Positions 1-7,436 of a stretch of 64,000 nt of DNA are shown piece after piece. The stretch is taken from sequence record MK962750; one strand, written 5' to 3'. Within the stretch, counting starts at the first letter, position 1. Each line of letters starts with the position of its first letter. The DNA is from Shigella phage CM8. The notes beneath the pieces were generated by a model. The model searched no databases. It saw nothing but the letters and a program-made list of their open reading frames with translations, and was not told where the DNA came from. Made by a program: the position numbers and the translations under genes.

Positions 1-111
1 AATTAACAATCCAAAAAGACTACCTGCAAGAGCTGCAGCCAACGCCACAGCAAAAATTAAAAATGACTCAGAAAACGAATATTTGACTTTATTTAGTTTT
101 GGCTTTTGCAT
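1..111 (-). CDS. partial ORF (N-terminal part only; 3' end beyond window start), hydrophobic N-terminus
   Basis: Minus-strand ATG near 109-111 reading MQKPKLNKVKYSFSESFLIFAVALAAALAGSLFGLLI... off the window edge; signal-anchor-like hydrophobic stretch. Start coordinate approximate. Confidence 0.3.
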   Translation of the reverse strand, partial: MQKPKLNKVKYSFSESFLIFAVALAAALAGSLFGLLI

Positions 112-485
112 CGTGATTCCTTAACAAATTTCATAATTTCATCAAATTCATACGCAGCAAGTTTAAGCTGATGTTCCTTTTTAATCTTTTTACACTGTGC
201 TTTCCAATCACGCACGCGTTTACGATAATGCCTTCCTTGATACCAGTATCCTACCCAATTTACGGGTACTAATAAAAGTGGAACTATTAATGGAAGAATT
301 AGCATTAACACAAGTATTTCGCCAGAATCAATATCAGTCATAACATCTAAAACACCTCCAATAATCAATAGAATTACAAATGATATGAGTATAACAGGAC
401 CTATTAACACATCAGTAGAAATTATCTGACGCTTTAATTCATACTTCAACGGTTTACTTGGAAGGTATAGTGATGGCTTTGACAT
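93..485 (-). CDS. small membrane protein, two hydrophobic helices
   Basis: ORF track 93..506; first ATG is residue 8 (MSKPSLY...) with AAGGA upstream. Hydrophobic segments VLIGPVILISFVILLIIGGVL and ILVLMLILPLIVPLLLVPV. Confidence 0.5.
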   Translation of the reverse strand: MSKPSLYLPSKPLKYELKRQIISTDVLIGPVILISFVILLIIGGVLDVMTDIDSGEILVLMLILPLIVPLLLVPVNWVGYWYQGRHYRKRVRDWKAQCKKIKKEHQLKLAAYEFDEIMKFVKESRCKSQN

Positions 486-1068
486 ATTCTCTACATTCCT
501 TAACAAATTTTTCTAGTAATAAATCACTTTCAAAATTGGGATTTTCTACAAATTTATCAAAAAGATCATCAACAATAGTTAAGATATTCTTTTTACTAAG
601 AATACGTTTATTTTCATGCTTCGTTTCAGAATCAACTATAAGAGTAAAGAAATATTTCTTGCCCTGAAATTTTACAGTAGTATCAATATAAAATAAATTT
701 GACTTTTGTAAATTACGTTTAAACCATGCGTCACTTAAACTATAAACACCGAGATAATCAAAATCGTCGTTTAAATAACAAACCGTCCATTCAGGAGAAA
801 TGAAATCAGTAAATTCAACATCAAAATCACACGTCAATGAATGAATTGATTCAATACTGTTAATGAGTATTCCAGGACGTATTAAAGACTTTTTACCTCT
901 AGAAAATCTTCCGGAAAGGCTTTCATCAGTTTCATATGAAGACCCCCAATAGTAATTACGTCCTTCTGCCATGCGTTTAAGAGCATTTAGTAATTGGTCT
1001 GGAACATCAACCTGTCTTTGGAACTCTTCAAACATTGAATTGAAATCACTTTGCATTTTCATTTTCAT
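454..1068 (-). CDS. hypothetical protein (204 aa)
   Basis: Long ORF in the minus-strand early block, begins ATG-AAA-ATG-AAA-ATG; no recognisable motif. Confidence 0.55.
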   Translation of the reverse strand: MKMKMQSDFNSMFEEFQRQVDVPDQLLNALKRMAEGRNYYWGSSYETDESLSGRFSRGKKSLIRPGILINSIESIHSLTCDFDVEFTDFISPEWTVCYLNDDFDYLGVYSLSDAWFKRNLQKSNLFYIDTTVKFQGKKYFFTLIVDSETKHENKRILSKKNILTIVDDLFDKFVENPNFESDLLLEKFVKECREYVKAITIPSK

Positions 1069-1086
1069 TCCTATTTACTCCAAGTA

Positions 1087-1107
1087 TAAGGGGCCGAAGC
1101 CCCTTAT
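1087..1107 (-). terminator. GC-rich hairpin terminator (aaggggcc-gaag-cccctta)
   Basis: Perfect stem with tetraloop just downstream of gene 1110..1703; identical copy near 44023. Confidence 0.6.
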
Positions 1108-1109
1108 CA

Positions 1110-1703
1110 TTATTTCAGAGAATTAATGTATTCCTGAACATCGGCAGAGGTAGTTTCAACCCCAGAAATATTACCGTTAAAGGTTTCAACTCGAGCAAGG
1201 GTATCTTCAATATCAACCTTAGTCAGTGCTGCAATTTCAACTACATCATCAGCAGTACTAATTCCAAGGGCATTTGCTGCACGAGTTTCACGGATATATT
1301 CCAATTTAACTGCAAGTTCTTGGCGAGCATCATCCAATTCAACTACTTTCTTGGCGATTTCAATTCGCATTTCAGCATAACCATCAGCTTTAGTAGTCAA
1401 CTGTTCAGCTGTTCGACGATATAGCAAGCCGAGTTTAGCATGCATTGTTACATCTTGACTTTCAGAAAGAAGCTTGCGAATTTCACGCTCTTTTGATTCG
1501 GCCTGTCGATTCTTTTCGACAATAAGTTCACGAATACGTTTTTCTTCATTAATAGATTTAACAGAAGCAGTTTTTAGATCTTTAATTTTATCAAGTAGTT
1601 TTGCTGCTGCAGCAGTATACTGTTCTTCGACAGATAGATTTTTAGCCATAGCAGAACCAAGTTTAGTGCGAATAAACTCAACAATTTTCTTCAGTGTGTT
1701 CAT
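1110..1703 (-). CDS. coiled-coil protein with weak PspA/IM30-like character
   Basis: 197-aa ORF rich in heptad-like charged helical sequence ([27 protein letters not shown]...), RBS AAGGAAA before ATG, hairpin terminator just downstream. Family assignment is tentative. Confidence 0.55.
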   Translation of the reverse strand: MNTLKKIVEFIRTKLGSAMAKNLSVEEQYTAAAAKLLDKIKDLKTASVKSINEEKRIRELIVEKNRQAESKEREIRKLLSESQDVTMHAKLGLLYRRTAEQLTTKADGYAEMRIEIAKKVVELDDARQELAVKLEYIRETRAANALGISTADDVVEIAALTKVDIEDTLARVETFNGNISGVETTSADVQEYINSLK

Positions 1704-1746
1704 AGTATTTCCTTAGGTTGATTAAGATTTAAAATCCGTGAGAGTA

Positions 1747-1923
1747 TTATACTCCGGATAGTTTGTAAACTATTTCAACATCGCCTTTTGCTGCTTTATA
1801 ACCTTCAGCCCAAGATATAACCGAGTTTTTATCTGAAGATTCAAATTCTGGCATTGGGCTTTCGCCAATGTTCACGCAGTATGTTTCTTCATTTTCGTCG
1901 AACCAAATAATTAAAGTAGTCAT
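1747..1923 (-). CDS. small hypothetical protein (58 aa)
   Basis: Read directly from sequence: MTTLIIWFDENEETYCVNIGESPMPEFESSDKNSVISWAEGYKAAKGDVEIVYKLSGV; below the ORF-track size cutoff; fills an otherwise empty gap in a densely packed early region. Confidence 0.35.
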   Translation of the reverse strand: MTTLIIWFDENEETYCVNIGESPMPEFESSDKNSVISWAEGYKAAKGDVEIVYKLSGV

Positions 1924-1991
1924 TTATTTCTCCGTTTCTGTATTTGTTTTGATAAGTCTATAATAACACCGTCCTTGGTGTTTGTACACAA

Positions 1992-2255
1992 TTATTTCAT
2001 ATTATTGAAATATTCTTCTGCGATTTCGTCGTTATCATGGTAAACTTTAGAAGACAGTTTAACATAACCTTCAGCAGTGAACATGTTAATCACAACCTTT
2101 ACAGTATACCACTGACCATCTTCATTACCCATTACTGCGTAAGTTTCAAACATCGGATGGTCAGGACCGATAACTTTAATATCATTCACTGTACGACCGA
2201 AATCTTCTGAAACACATTTCATAAAGAAGTTGAACAGCTCACCGTAATTATCCAT
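1992..2255 (-). CDS. hypothetical protein (87 aa from first ATG)
   Basis: ORF track 1992..2318 begins at a TTG; first ATG (MDNYGELF...) is preceded by GGAGA. An early-promoter-like TTTACA-17-TACTAT lies upstream near 2330-2390. Confidence 0.5.
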   Translation of the reverse strand: MDNYGELFNFFMKCVSEDFGRTVNDIKVIGPDHPMFETYAVMGNEDGQWYTVKVVINMFTAEGYVKLSSKVYHDNDEIAEEYFNNMK

Positions 2256-2329
2256 TTCATTCTCCAAGTTGTTTTCTGTATCAGTAGTTGATAGTTGTAT
2301 AGTACCATGGAAGGACAAGGATGTAAACC

Positions 2330-2390
2330 GTTTTGTGAAAAAATTTTTAAAAAGTTTTGGGGAATTCTAGGGCAGGAAGGGGAAATCAAA
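2330..2390 (-). promoter_or_regulatory. early-promoter-like element related to the repeated core
   Basis: Contains tgtaaaccgttttgtgaaa; minus strand gives GTTTACA - 17 nt - TACTAT upstream of gene 1992..2255. Coordinates approximate. Confidence 0.45.
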
Positions 2391-2465
2391 GGATAGGATA
2401 ATATATTATAAAGGGTAGAAACTAAATGATGTCTAGAGAGGCCTGGAAAGGCCTAGATACCAAAA

Positions 2466-2489
2466 AGCCCCAACCTTTCGGTCGGGGCT
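2466..2489 (-). terminator. hairpin terminator downstream of the internal-protein-like gene
   Basis: On the minus strand 10-bp stem (one G-U) with GAAA loop; identical 31-bp element repeated near 3017-3047. Confidence 0.6.
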
Positions 2490-2496
2490 AAGAATG

Positions 2497-2970
2497 TTAT
2501 TTGATTTGTTTAGCAGACCAAATGCGATCTTTAATAATTTTTTGGATGTCTTCAACATACTCAAGAGAGTGAGCATGTGGATTATCTTTGAAACTATAAG
2601 CACGAGCTAGTTTTTGGCCTTCAGTTTTGATTACTAAAAGCTCTTTAAGGATAGCTTCATATTTGGAGATAATTCCTTTAACAATATTTTTTTCTTGTGC
2701 AGCTTTAGGATCTGCTTTAGGAGCAGGTTTACCCGAAGCCTTTGCAAAAGCAGCGCCAGTAGCAACTAAACTTTTCCAGGCCATACTAACTGCATTTCCC
2801 GTAAATCCTTCCGCTTTCATGTCGCGTGCGAACTGGAATCGCGATTCATCAGAAGCATCTTTATAAGAATATTTACCCGCTGCAATGGCTGCTTTTGCGA
2901 CAGCTTGAATTTCGGTGCTAGATGCTTCATTTAACACCGCTTCATTTAAAAATTGAGTATATGATTTCAT
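2497..2970 (-). CDS. internal protein-like (capsid targeting sequence at N-terminus; IPII/IPIII-like)
   Basis: N-terminus MKSYTQFLNEAVLNEA matches the T4 internal-protein capsid targeting sequence consensus (MKTYQEFIxEA) with L-x-E sites of the type cut by the gp21 prohead protease. Confidence 0.65.
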   Translation of the reverse strand: MKSYTQFLNEAVLNEASSTEIQAVAKAAIAAGKYSYKDASDESRFQFARDMKAEGFTGNAVSMAWKSLVATGAAFAKASGKPAPKADPKAAQEKNIVKGIISKYEAILKELLVIKTEGQKLARAYSFKDNPHAHSLEYVEDIQKIIKDRIWSAKQIK

Positions 2971-3020
2971 CTTATTTCCTGTTTTAATTCGTGGTTTTAA
3001 TATACTTATTTATACTAAAA

Positions 3021-3044
3021 AGCCCCAACCTTTCGGTCGGGGCT
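3021..3044 (-). terminator. hairpin terminator (second copy of the 2466 element)
   Basis: Identical sequence aaaaagccccaacctttcggtcggggctaag. Confidence 0.55.
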
Positions 3045-3353
3045 AAGCCTTGCGGCAACCTTGTCGGGGTTCCACCTGCTAAGGCAAGTGTTTGTACGAA
3101 ACGCCGGGATTCGAACCCGGTTATTAAGCAGTTGACGCTACTCAATATTTTTAAAAGGCCATATCTCGACCATATCCGAACGTTCCGTCAAAAACGCTAC
3201 TCGGCTTACGGCAAAGATATTTCCTCGAATCGATAATTCGGTGCGCCGTTTCTGCTGTGATGTAAGAGGGCATCAATAAACGCAAAGATTATTAACGCAA
3301 TTCCTTACTCAGGGAACATCAGTCCGACGACTTACCGGTAGCGACCCGGTTTC

Positions 3354-3704
3354 TTAATATTCTTTTAAAGCATCAATCTGTTTACGGCGTTCACGCCATA
3401 AATCAATTGCTTCATACGCGGATTCAACATTTCGAATTGGACGGCATTTATATAAAGATTTGTGATTTTGATATTGCGTAGATAACGGAATTTTATCTAA
3501 AAGGTCTTTACGTTCAAAGTATTCGTAACCATCTAAGCCAAATGAACGATTTTTGAGAAATTGCCAATGACCAAATTCGTTTTGAATATAAATATAATCC
3601 GCATGTTGATAAAGTAAATTAATTTCACGAAATGAGATATGTTTTTCATATTCATTGAAGTAAAATGTTAAATCATGAACTACTAAATAAACATTACCTT
3701 TCAT
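3354..3704 (-). CDS. hypothetical protein (116 aa)
   Basis: ATG-initiated ORF immediately downstream of tRNA-Arg on the minus strand; no motif recognised. Confidence 0.55.
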   Translation of the reverse strand: MKGNVYLVVHDLTFYFNEYEKHISFREINLLYQHADYIYIQNEFGHWQFLKNRSFGLDGYEYFERKDLLDKIPLSTQYQNHKSLYKCRPIRNVESAYEAIDLWRERRKQIDALKEY

Positions 3705-3722
3705 ATTTTCCTCACTTATAAT

Positions 3723-3798
3723 TGGTCGAGGCAGTAGGGATCGAACCTACGACCTAGGACTTAGAAGGTCCTTGCTCTTCCTTCTGAGCTATGCCCCG
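3723..3798 (-). tRNA. tRNA-Arg (anticodon UCU)
   Basis: 76 nt folded by hand: 7-bp acceptor stem CGGGGCA/UGCCUCG, anticodon arm AGGAC-CUUCUAA-GUCCU, T-arm GUAGG-UUCGAUC-CCUAC, encoded CCA. Confidence 0.88.
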
Positions 3799-3802
3799 TA
3801 AT

Positions 3803-3900
3803 TGGGGTGACCGATGGGAGTCGAACCACCCGAGTCGCAATGACAATGGATTTACAGTCCACACCGCTACCTCTACGGGATAACTCCCCTTAATTCTTAA
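3803..3900 (-). ncRNA. unassigned stable-RNA candidate between tRNA-Ile and tRNA-Arg (tRNA-like, not a canonical cloverleaf)
   Basis: About 100 nt with no ORF, GGGGAG 5' end, TTCGA T-loop-like motif and CCCCA 3' end, but I could not fold a canonical T-stem or acceptor stem. T4 carries two stable RNAs of unknown function in its tRNA region (recalled). Confidence 0.3.
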
Positions 3901-3902
3901 TT

Positions 3903-3977
3903 TGGTGGCCCTGGGTGGAATTGAACCACCATCTGGCGATTATGAGTCGCTTGCTTGAACCTTCCAGCTACAGGGCC
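3903..3977 (-). tRNA. tRNA with anticodon CAU (Ile by analogy to T4, or Met)
   Basis: 75 nt: acceptor GGCCCUG/CAGGGCC, anticodon loop CUCAUAA, T-arm GGUGG-UUCAAUU-CCACC, encoded CCA. Confidence 0.8.
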
Positions 3978-3978
3978 T

Positions 3979-4054
3979 TGGTGCTGATTGACGGAATCGA
4001 ACCGCCGACCTTCTCATTACAAGTGAGTTGCTCTACCTACTGAGCTAAATCAGC
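3979..4054 (-). tRNA. tRNA-Thr (anticodon UGU)
   Basis: 76 nt: acceptor GCUGAUU/AAUCAGC, D-arm GCUC-AGUAGGUA-GAGC, anticodon loop CUUGUAA, T-arm GGCGG-UUCGAUU-CCGUC, CCA encoded. Confidence 0.9.
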
Positions 4055-4059
4055 AAAAC

Positions 4060-4149
4060 TGGCGGAGGCGATAGGATTTGAACCTATGAGTCGCCGGAGC
4101 GACTGCCGGTTTTCAAGACCGGTGCATTAAACCACTCTGCCACGCCTCC
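4060..4149 (-). tRNA. tRNA-Ser (anticodon UGA), long variable arm
   Basis: 90 nt: acceptor GGAGGCG/CGCCUCC, anticodon arm CCGGU-CUUGAAA-ACCGG, long variable arm, T-arm AUAGG-UUCAAAU-CCUAU, CCA encoded. Confidence 0.9.
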
Positions 4150-4155
4150 AAATAT

Positions 4156-4806
4156 TTATATATTGTTAATTTGATTTAGAATTCTTTTTGCTTGAGTATG
4201 ACTTACGCCAATATGCTTAGCATATTTAGACAATTCGCCACGTTTAGAAAAATCATATAATTTAGAAATTTCTATTCTTCTTTTTCTTTCATCCGCAGAA
4301 ACTTTTGCTTCGTTTGCTTTTGCTATTTTACGTTTAGCTTCTTGAGAATGAGTTTTACCAGCAAAGCCATTCTTCATTAATCCATTTGAAGACCATCCTT
4401 TTAATTTTCCGTTAGAATGTGCCTTTTTAACACCCAATGAAATTAATTCGCGTTGCTGATCTGTCATAGGATAATTATTTATATGATCCCATCCACCTTC
4501 ACCTCCAAGTTTTAAATTATACACATCTGGTCTATTTAAAAACTCTTCTGTGACAATATTTTTCTCGGCTTCAAGCATAGATTCTTTATCGTCAAAATAC
4601 TCTAATATTTCTTTAGAAAAATTTTCTATACCATATTTATCTTGGGCTCTTTTTAATAATTTACCAGAACCCATATATCCATCATCTAAATTTTCGGTAG
4701 AATGCACACCAATATAAATTTTATTATTAATTTTATTTGTTATTTTATAAAGATAAAAATGCATATCAGTCCCTAATAAAGAACTGAGCGTCTCACGACG
4801 AGTCAT
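4156..4806 (-). CDS. segB: GIY-YIG homing endonuclease (SegB-like) inside the tRNA cluster
   Basis: FYLYKITNKINNKIYIGV...YMGSGK is a GIY-YIG motif; 216 aa; sits between tRNA-Gly and tRNA-Ser, as recalled for T4 segB. Confidence 0.75.
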   Translation of the reverse strand: MTRRETLSSLLGTDMHFYLYKITNKINNKIYIGVHSTENLDDGYMGSGKLLKRAQDKYGIENFSKEILEYFDDKESMLEAEKNIVTEEFLNRPDVYNLKLGGEGGWDHINNYPMTDQQRELISLGVKKAHSNGKLKGWSSNGLMKNGFAGKTHSQEAKRKIAKANEAKVSADERKRRIEISKLYDFSKRGELSKYAKHIGVSHTQAKRILNQINNI

Positions 4807-4810
4807 AAAT

Positions 4811-4884
<74 letters not shown>

Positions 4885-4889
4885 AAATT

Positions 4890-4976
4890 TGGTGCGAGAA
4901 GTGGGACTCGAACCCACAAGGAAATCATTCCGCAGCATTTTAAGTGCTGTGCCTTTACCAATTTGACCATTCTCGC
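4890..4976 (-). tRNA. tRNA-Leu (anticodon UAA), long variable arm
   Basis: 87 nt: acceptor GCGAGAA/UUCUCGC, anticodon arm CAGCA-CUUAAAA-UGCUG, T-arm GUGGG-UUCGAGU-CCCAC, CCA encoded. Confidence 0.88.
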
Positions 4977-4982
4977 GCTATA

Positions 4983-5591
4983 TTATTTATTACGTGAAAA
5001 AGACTGTTCTATCAATTCTGGACACTTTCGTTCTATCCATTTTCTAGCTTTTTGTGGGCTTATACCTATTATTTTAGCAGCTTTACTAACCCATCCAAAT
5101 TTAGAATAATCGATTTTAACTAATTCTTCGTAAATTTCATCAGTTAAAATCTTTTCATTAATATTTACCAGTAAATGATATAATTTATTATCATTAGCAA
5201 TTTTAATGAATCTTTTATAGTTTCCGCCTTTACTTAAACCTAATGAAGTAATTGCAGATGATATAGTAGCCGAATTTAATAGTGCGTTTAAAATTTCTTC
5301 ATCACTAACATTATAACGCTTTTTATTATTTTTAATATTTTTACCAGCAAAAGTATCAGTTTGCGAATGGCAGTTTGGACATAATAATCTTAAATTTGAT
5401 TTAAGATGATTTTTGTTATTTCCATCAATATGGTCTAATTGCAGAACAATATGCTTATTTTGCCATTTTGAAATTTTACAAATTGCACACTCATATGGAA
5501 AAATATTTTCTTTTATTATTTTGTCTTTCAGCTTTCCTGTACTAAAATTTGGATGTTTTCCTTCAAAAATTTCAGCTAATTTAGTATCCAT
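4983..5591 (-). CDS. HNH homing endonuclease
   Basis: LQLDHIDGNNKNHLKSNLRLLCPNCHSQ is an HNH motif; ORF track start is TTG, first ATG is residue 9; directly upstream of tRNA-Leu. Confidence 0.75.
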   Translation of the reverse strand: MDTKLAEIFEGKHPNFSTGKLKDKIIKENIFPYECAICKISKWQNKHIVLQLDHIDGNNKNHLKSNLRLLCPNCHSQTDTFAGKNIKNNKKRYNVSDEEILNALLNSATISSAITSLGLSKGGNYKRFIKIANDNKLYHLLVNINEKILTDEIYEELVKIDYSKFGWVSKAAKIIGISPQKARKWIERKCPELIEQSFSRNK

Positions 5592-5690
5592 AATATGATT
5601 CCCAATTATTAACAAAGGCTCTCTAACAAGAACCCTTGATGATAGAGGGTATTAATCAGTGCGGTATGAGTTAATAATAACAAATAATTC

Positions 5691-6206
5691 TTAAAGCAAA
5701 TTAAACATTTTAACGGTCGGCAAAACAATTTCTTTTTCTATATAAGAGTATTTAACACTCTCAACTACACGCAAAAAATCATAATCATAATACTCAGAAG
5801 CATTACCTAAAATATTAATAAGTCCTTCAAGCACTTTATTACCATTCACAAAGAATAAGTCAAATACGCGTTCTTCGTCTTCTTCGGATTTATTACCAAG
5901 GTCAACTTCTATATCAAAGACCTTTTTAATGAATTCTGGATAAAGTTGTTCTGAGAACAGTCCTTCAACCAAGTATTCATAAATAAAAAGCGATTGCTCG
6001 CTGAACAAGCCATTACCACAATAACGTTCAGCTTTAGTACTAGAATGTCTACTTTTAAACTTCTTTAAAAGATATTGAAATTGTAAGATTTCATGCTCTT
6101 CTACGCCAAACAGTGTTTTAGTTTTATAGTTGTCACCATCATTTTCCCAGGTAGTGACATCAATTACGTAACCCTGTGGAATTGTAGTACCTAAACAAAT
6201 ATTCAT
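5691..6206 (-). CDS. hypothetical protein (171 aa), internal GLFSEQ repeat
   Basis: ATG start; stop overlaps the next gene's start (ATGA coupling at 6203-6206). Confidence 0.55.
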   Translation of the reverse strand: MNICLGTTIPQGYVIDVTTWENDGDNYKTKTLFGVEEHEILQFQYLLKKFKSRHSSTKAERYCGNGLFSEQSLFIYEYLVEGLFSEQLYPEFIKKVFDIEVDLGNKSEEDEERVFDLFFVNGNKVLEGLINILGNASEYYDYDFLRVVESVKYSYIEKEIVLPTVKMFNLL

Positions 6207-6496
6207 TTGCTCACCATATTAATGTAAGTATATTCAATACATTCAAGACCCAAAGGATTCTTGAAAATATCATATTCAAGAGGACCTTTTTCTGTTTCAA
6301 TAAAGAAATCAAAATTTACTGTATTAAATTTACGGTCTTCCTTCACTAATTTAACCTGAGAAGATGAACGGTCAATGTAAACCTTTTCAACTTCAAAACA
6401 TGTTAAAACGCCATAATCATCAATCAAGGCTTTAGCCGCGTCTTGATCATATTTATATCCATTTTCAATTGACGATACTTTAGCATAAAGAATCAT
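6203..6496 (-). CDS. hypothetical protein (97 aa)
   Basis: Translationally coupled member of the same minus-strand operon. Confidence 0.55.
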   Translation of the reverse strand: MILYAKVSSIENGYKYDQDAAKALIDDYGVLTCFEVEKVYIDRSSSQVKLVKEDRKFNTVNFDFFIETEKGPLEYDIFKNPLGLECIEYTYINMVSK

Positions 6497-6498
6497 TA

Positions 6499-6879
6499 TC
6501 AGCCTTCATCAACAATAGTATGAGTGTGGGCATTTACAATTTGCCACCAATCAAAGCGATTAGAACCACACATCGGTTTGTTTTCATTTTCTTTGATAAT
6601 ATCACGAAGTTCATCTTCGGTAGCGGCTTTCGCGATTAAATCAGCATATCCACCGCGAGGATAATAATTATCACCTGCAAAAAGTAAAAAGTTCGGTTTA
6701 ATATTATTGAACTCTTCAAGAGTAATAACTTTTCCTGTCGGTTGAACAATCTCTACATATTTATATCCTAATTTTTGAGCAGCATCTACTGCTTCAAGCA
6801 AAGTATCATGAGCCCATCCAATTTGACAACCTGGCTTTTCAGATGGATTAGCCTGATAATCCGCGTACACTTTATACAT
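6499..6879 (-). CDS. hypothetical protein (126 aa from first ATG)
   Basis: ORF track 6499..6918; internal ATG (MYKVYADY...) preceded by AAGGTGA avoids overlap with the upstream gene. Confidence 0.5.
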   Translation of the reverse strand: MYKVYADYQANPSEKPGCQIGWAHDTLLEAVDAAQKLGYKYVEIVQPTGKVITLEEFNNIKPNFLLFAGDNYYPRGGYADLIAKAATEDELRDIIKENENKPMCGSNRFDWWQIVNAHTHTIVDEG

Positions 6880-6880
6880 T

Positions 6881-7066
6881 CTATTCACCTTTAGAAATTT
6901 TATCCATAACGATAGCAATTAAACCAATTAAAAATGCTACTACAAGTGAAAAAACATTTTCTGCTGTAGTTAATAATCCGCATATAAATCCAACAAACAT
7001 TGAAAAACTAAAAGCAGAAGCAGAAATTGCAATAGCAACATTTCGAATTAATTCACAACGTTTCAT
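6881..7066 (-). CDS. small membrane protein (61 aa from ATG with GAGGAG RBS)
   Basis: MKRCELIRNVAIAISASAFSFSMFVGFICGLLTTAENVFSLVVAFLIGLIAIVMDKISKGE is hydrophobic; GAGGAG-N6-ATG; a promoter-in-hairpin element lies immediately upstream. Confidence 0.5.
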   Translation of the reverse strand: MKRCELIRNVAIAISASAFSFSMFVGFICGLLTTAENVFSLVVAFLIGLIAIVMDKISKGE

Positions 7067-7127
7067 TTTATTCTCCTCAGTAGCTGATAGGGTAATAGTA
7101 TCACTACTAAAACCCAATGTAAACAAT
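7067..7127 (-). promoter_or_regulatory. promoter-in-hairpin element (early-promoter-like, PeSL-type)
   Basis: Minus strand reads GTTTACA - 17 nt - TGaTACTAT with flanking inverted repeat; shares the core gatagggtaatagtatcactactaaaacccaatgtaaaca with six other copies. Confidence 0.6.
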
Positions 7128-7352
7128 TTATTCAACGCCAGCGGCTTTCAAAAGTTTCTTAAGATTGGCAACACCTTGAGCAGAAAATGTGACCTTGCCA
7201 CCTTTTTCACTGATAGAACCAACCAATTTAGCAAGTTTATCATTAGGAATTTTTTTAAAATCAGCCAATGTTCCATCAAAGGTTTTTGAAACAAAAGGCA
7301 GTTCGTCTTCGCGTCTTTTAGCTTCTACAATAAATTCTTGATATGTTTTCAT
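7128..7352 (-). CDS. internal protein-like small protein (74 aa) with capsid targeting sequence
   Basis: Starts MKTYQEFIVEA (capsid targeting sequence consensus) from the second ATG, which has GGAAA-N5 upstream; promoter-in-hairpin element upstream. Confidence 0.65.
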   Translation of the reverse strand: MKTYQEFIVEAKRREDELPFVSKTFDGTLADFKKIPNDKLAKLVGSISEKGGKVTFSAQGVANLKKLLKAAGVE

Positions 7353-7436
7353 TTTAGTTTCCATTTGAGTGTTTGTTTTGATAGGGTAATAGTATCACTA
7401 CTAAAACCCAATGTAAACAACTTTGTGAAAAATTTA
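7353..7436 (-). promoter_or_regulatory. promoter-in-hairpin element upstream of the 74-aa internal-protein-like gene
   Basis: Same repeated core plus ctttgtgaaa; -35 GTTTACA, 17-nt spacer, extended -10 TGaTACTAT on the minus strand. Confidence 0.6.

Noticed and set aside
2991-3236. Plus-strand 81-aa ORF
   Set aside because: Overlaps the hairpin terminator and the T-arm-like RNA motif; no RBS, wrong strand for the surrounding transcription unit.
3050-3250. A seventh canonical tRNA around the CCGGG-TTCGAAT-CCCGG motif
   Set aside because: No acceptor stem or anticodon arm at tRNA spacing could be folded; retained only as a structured-RNA lead in the findings.
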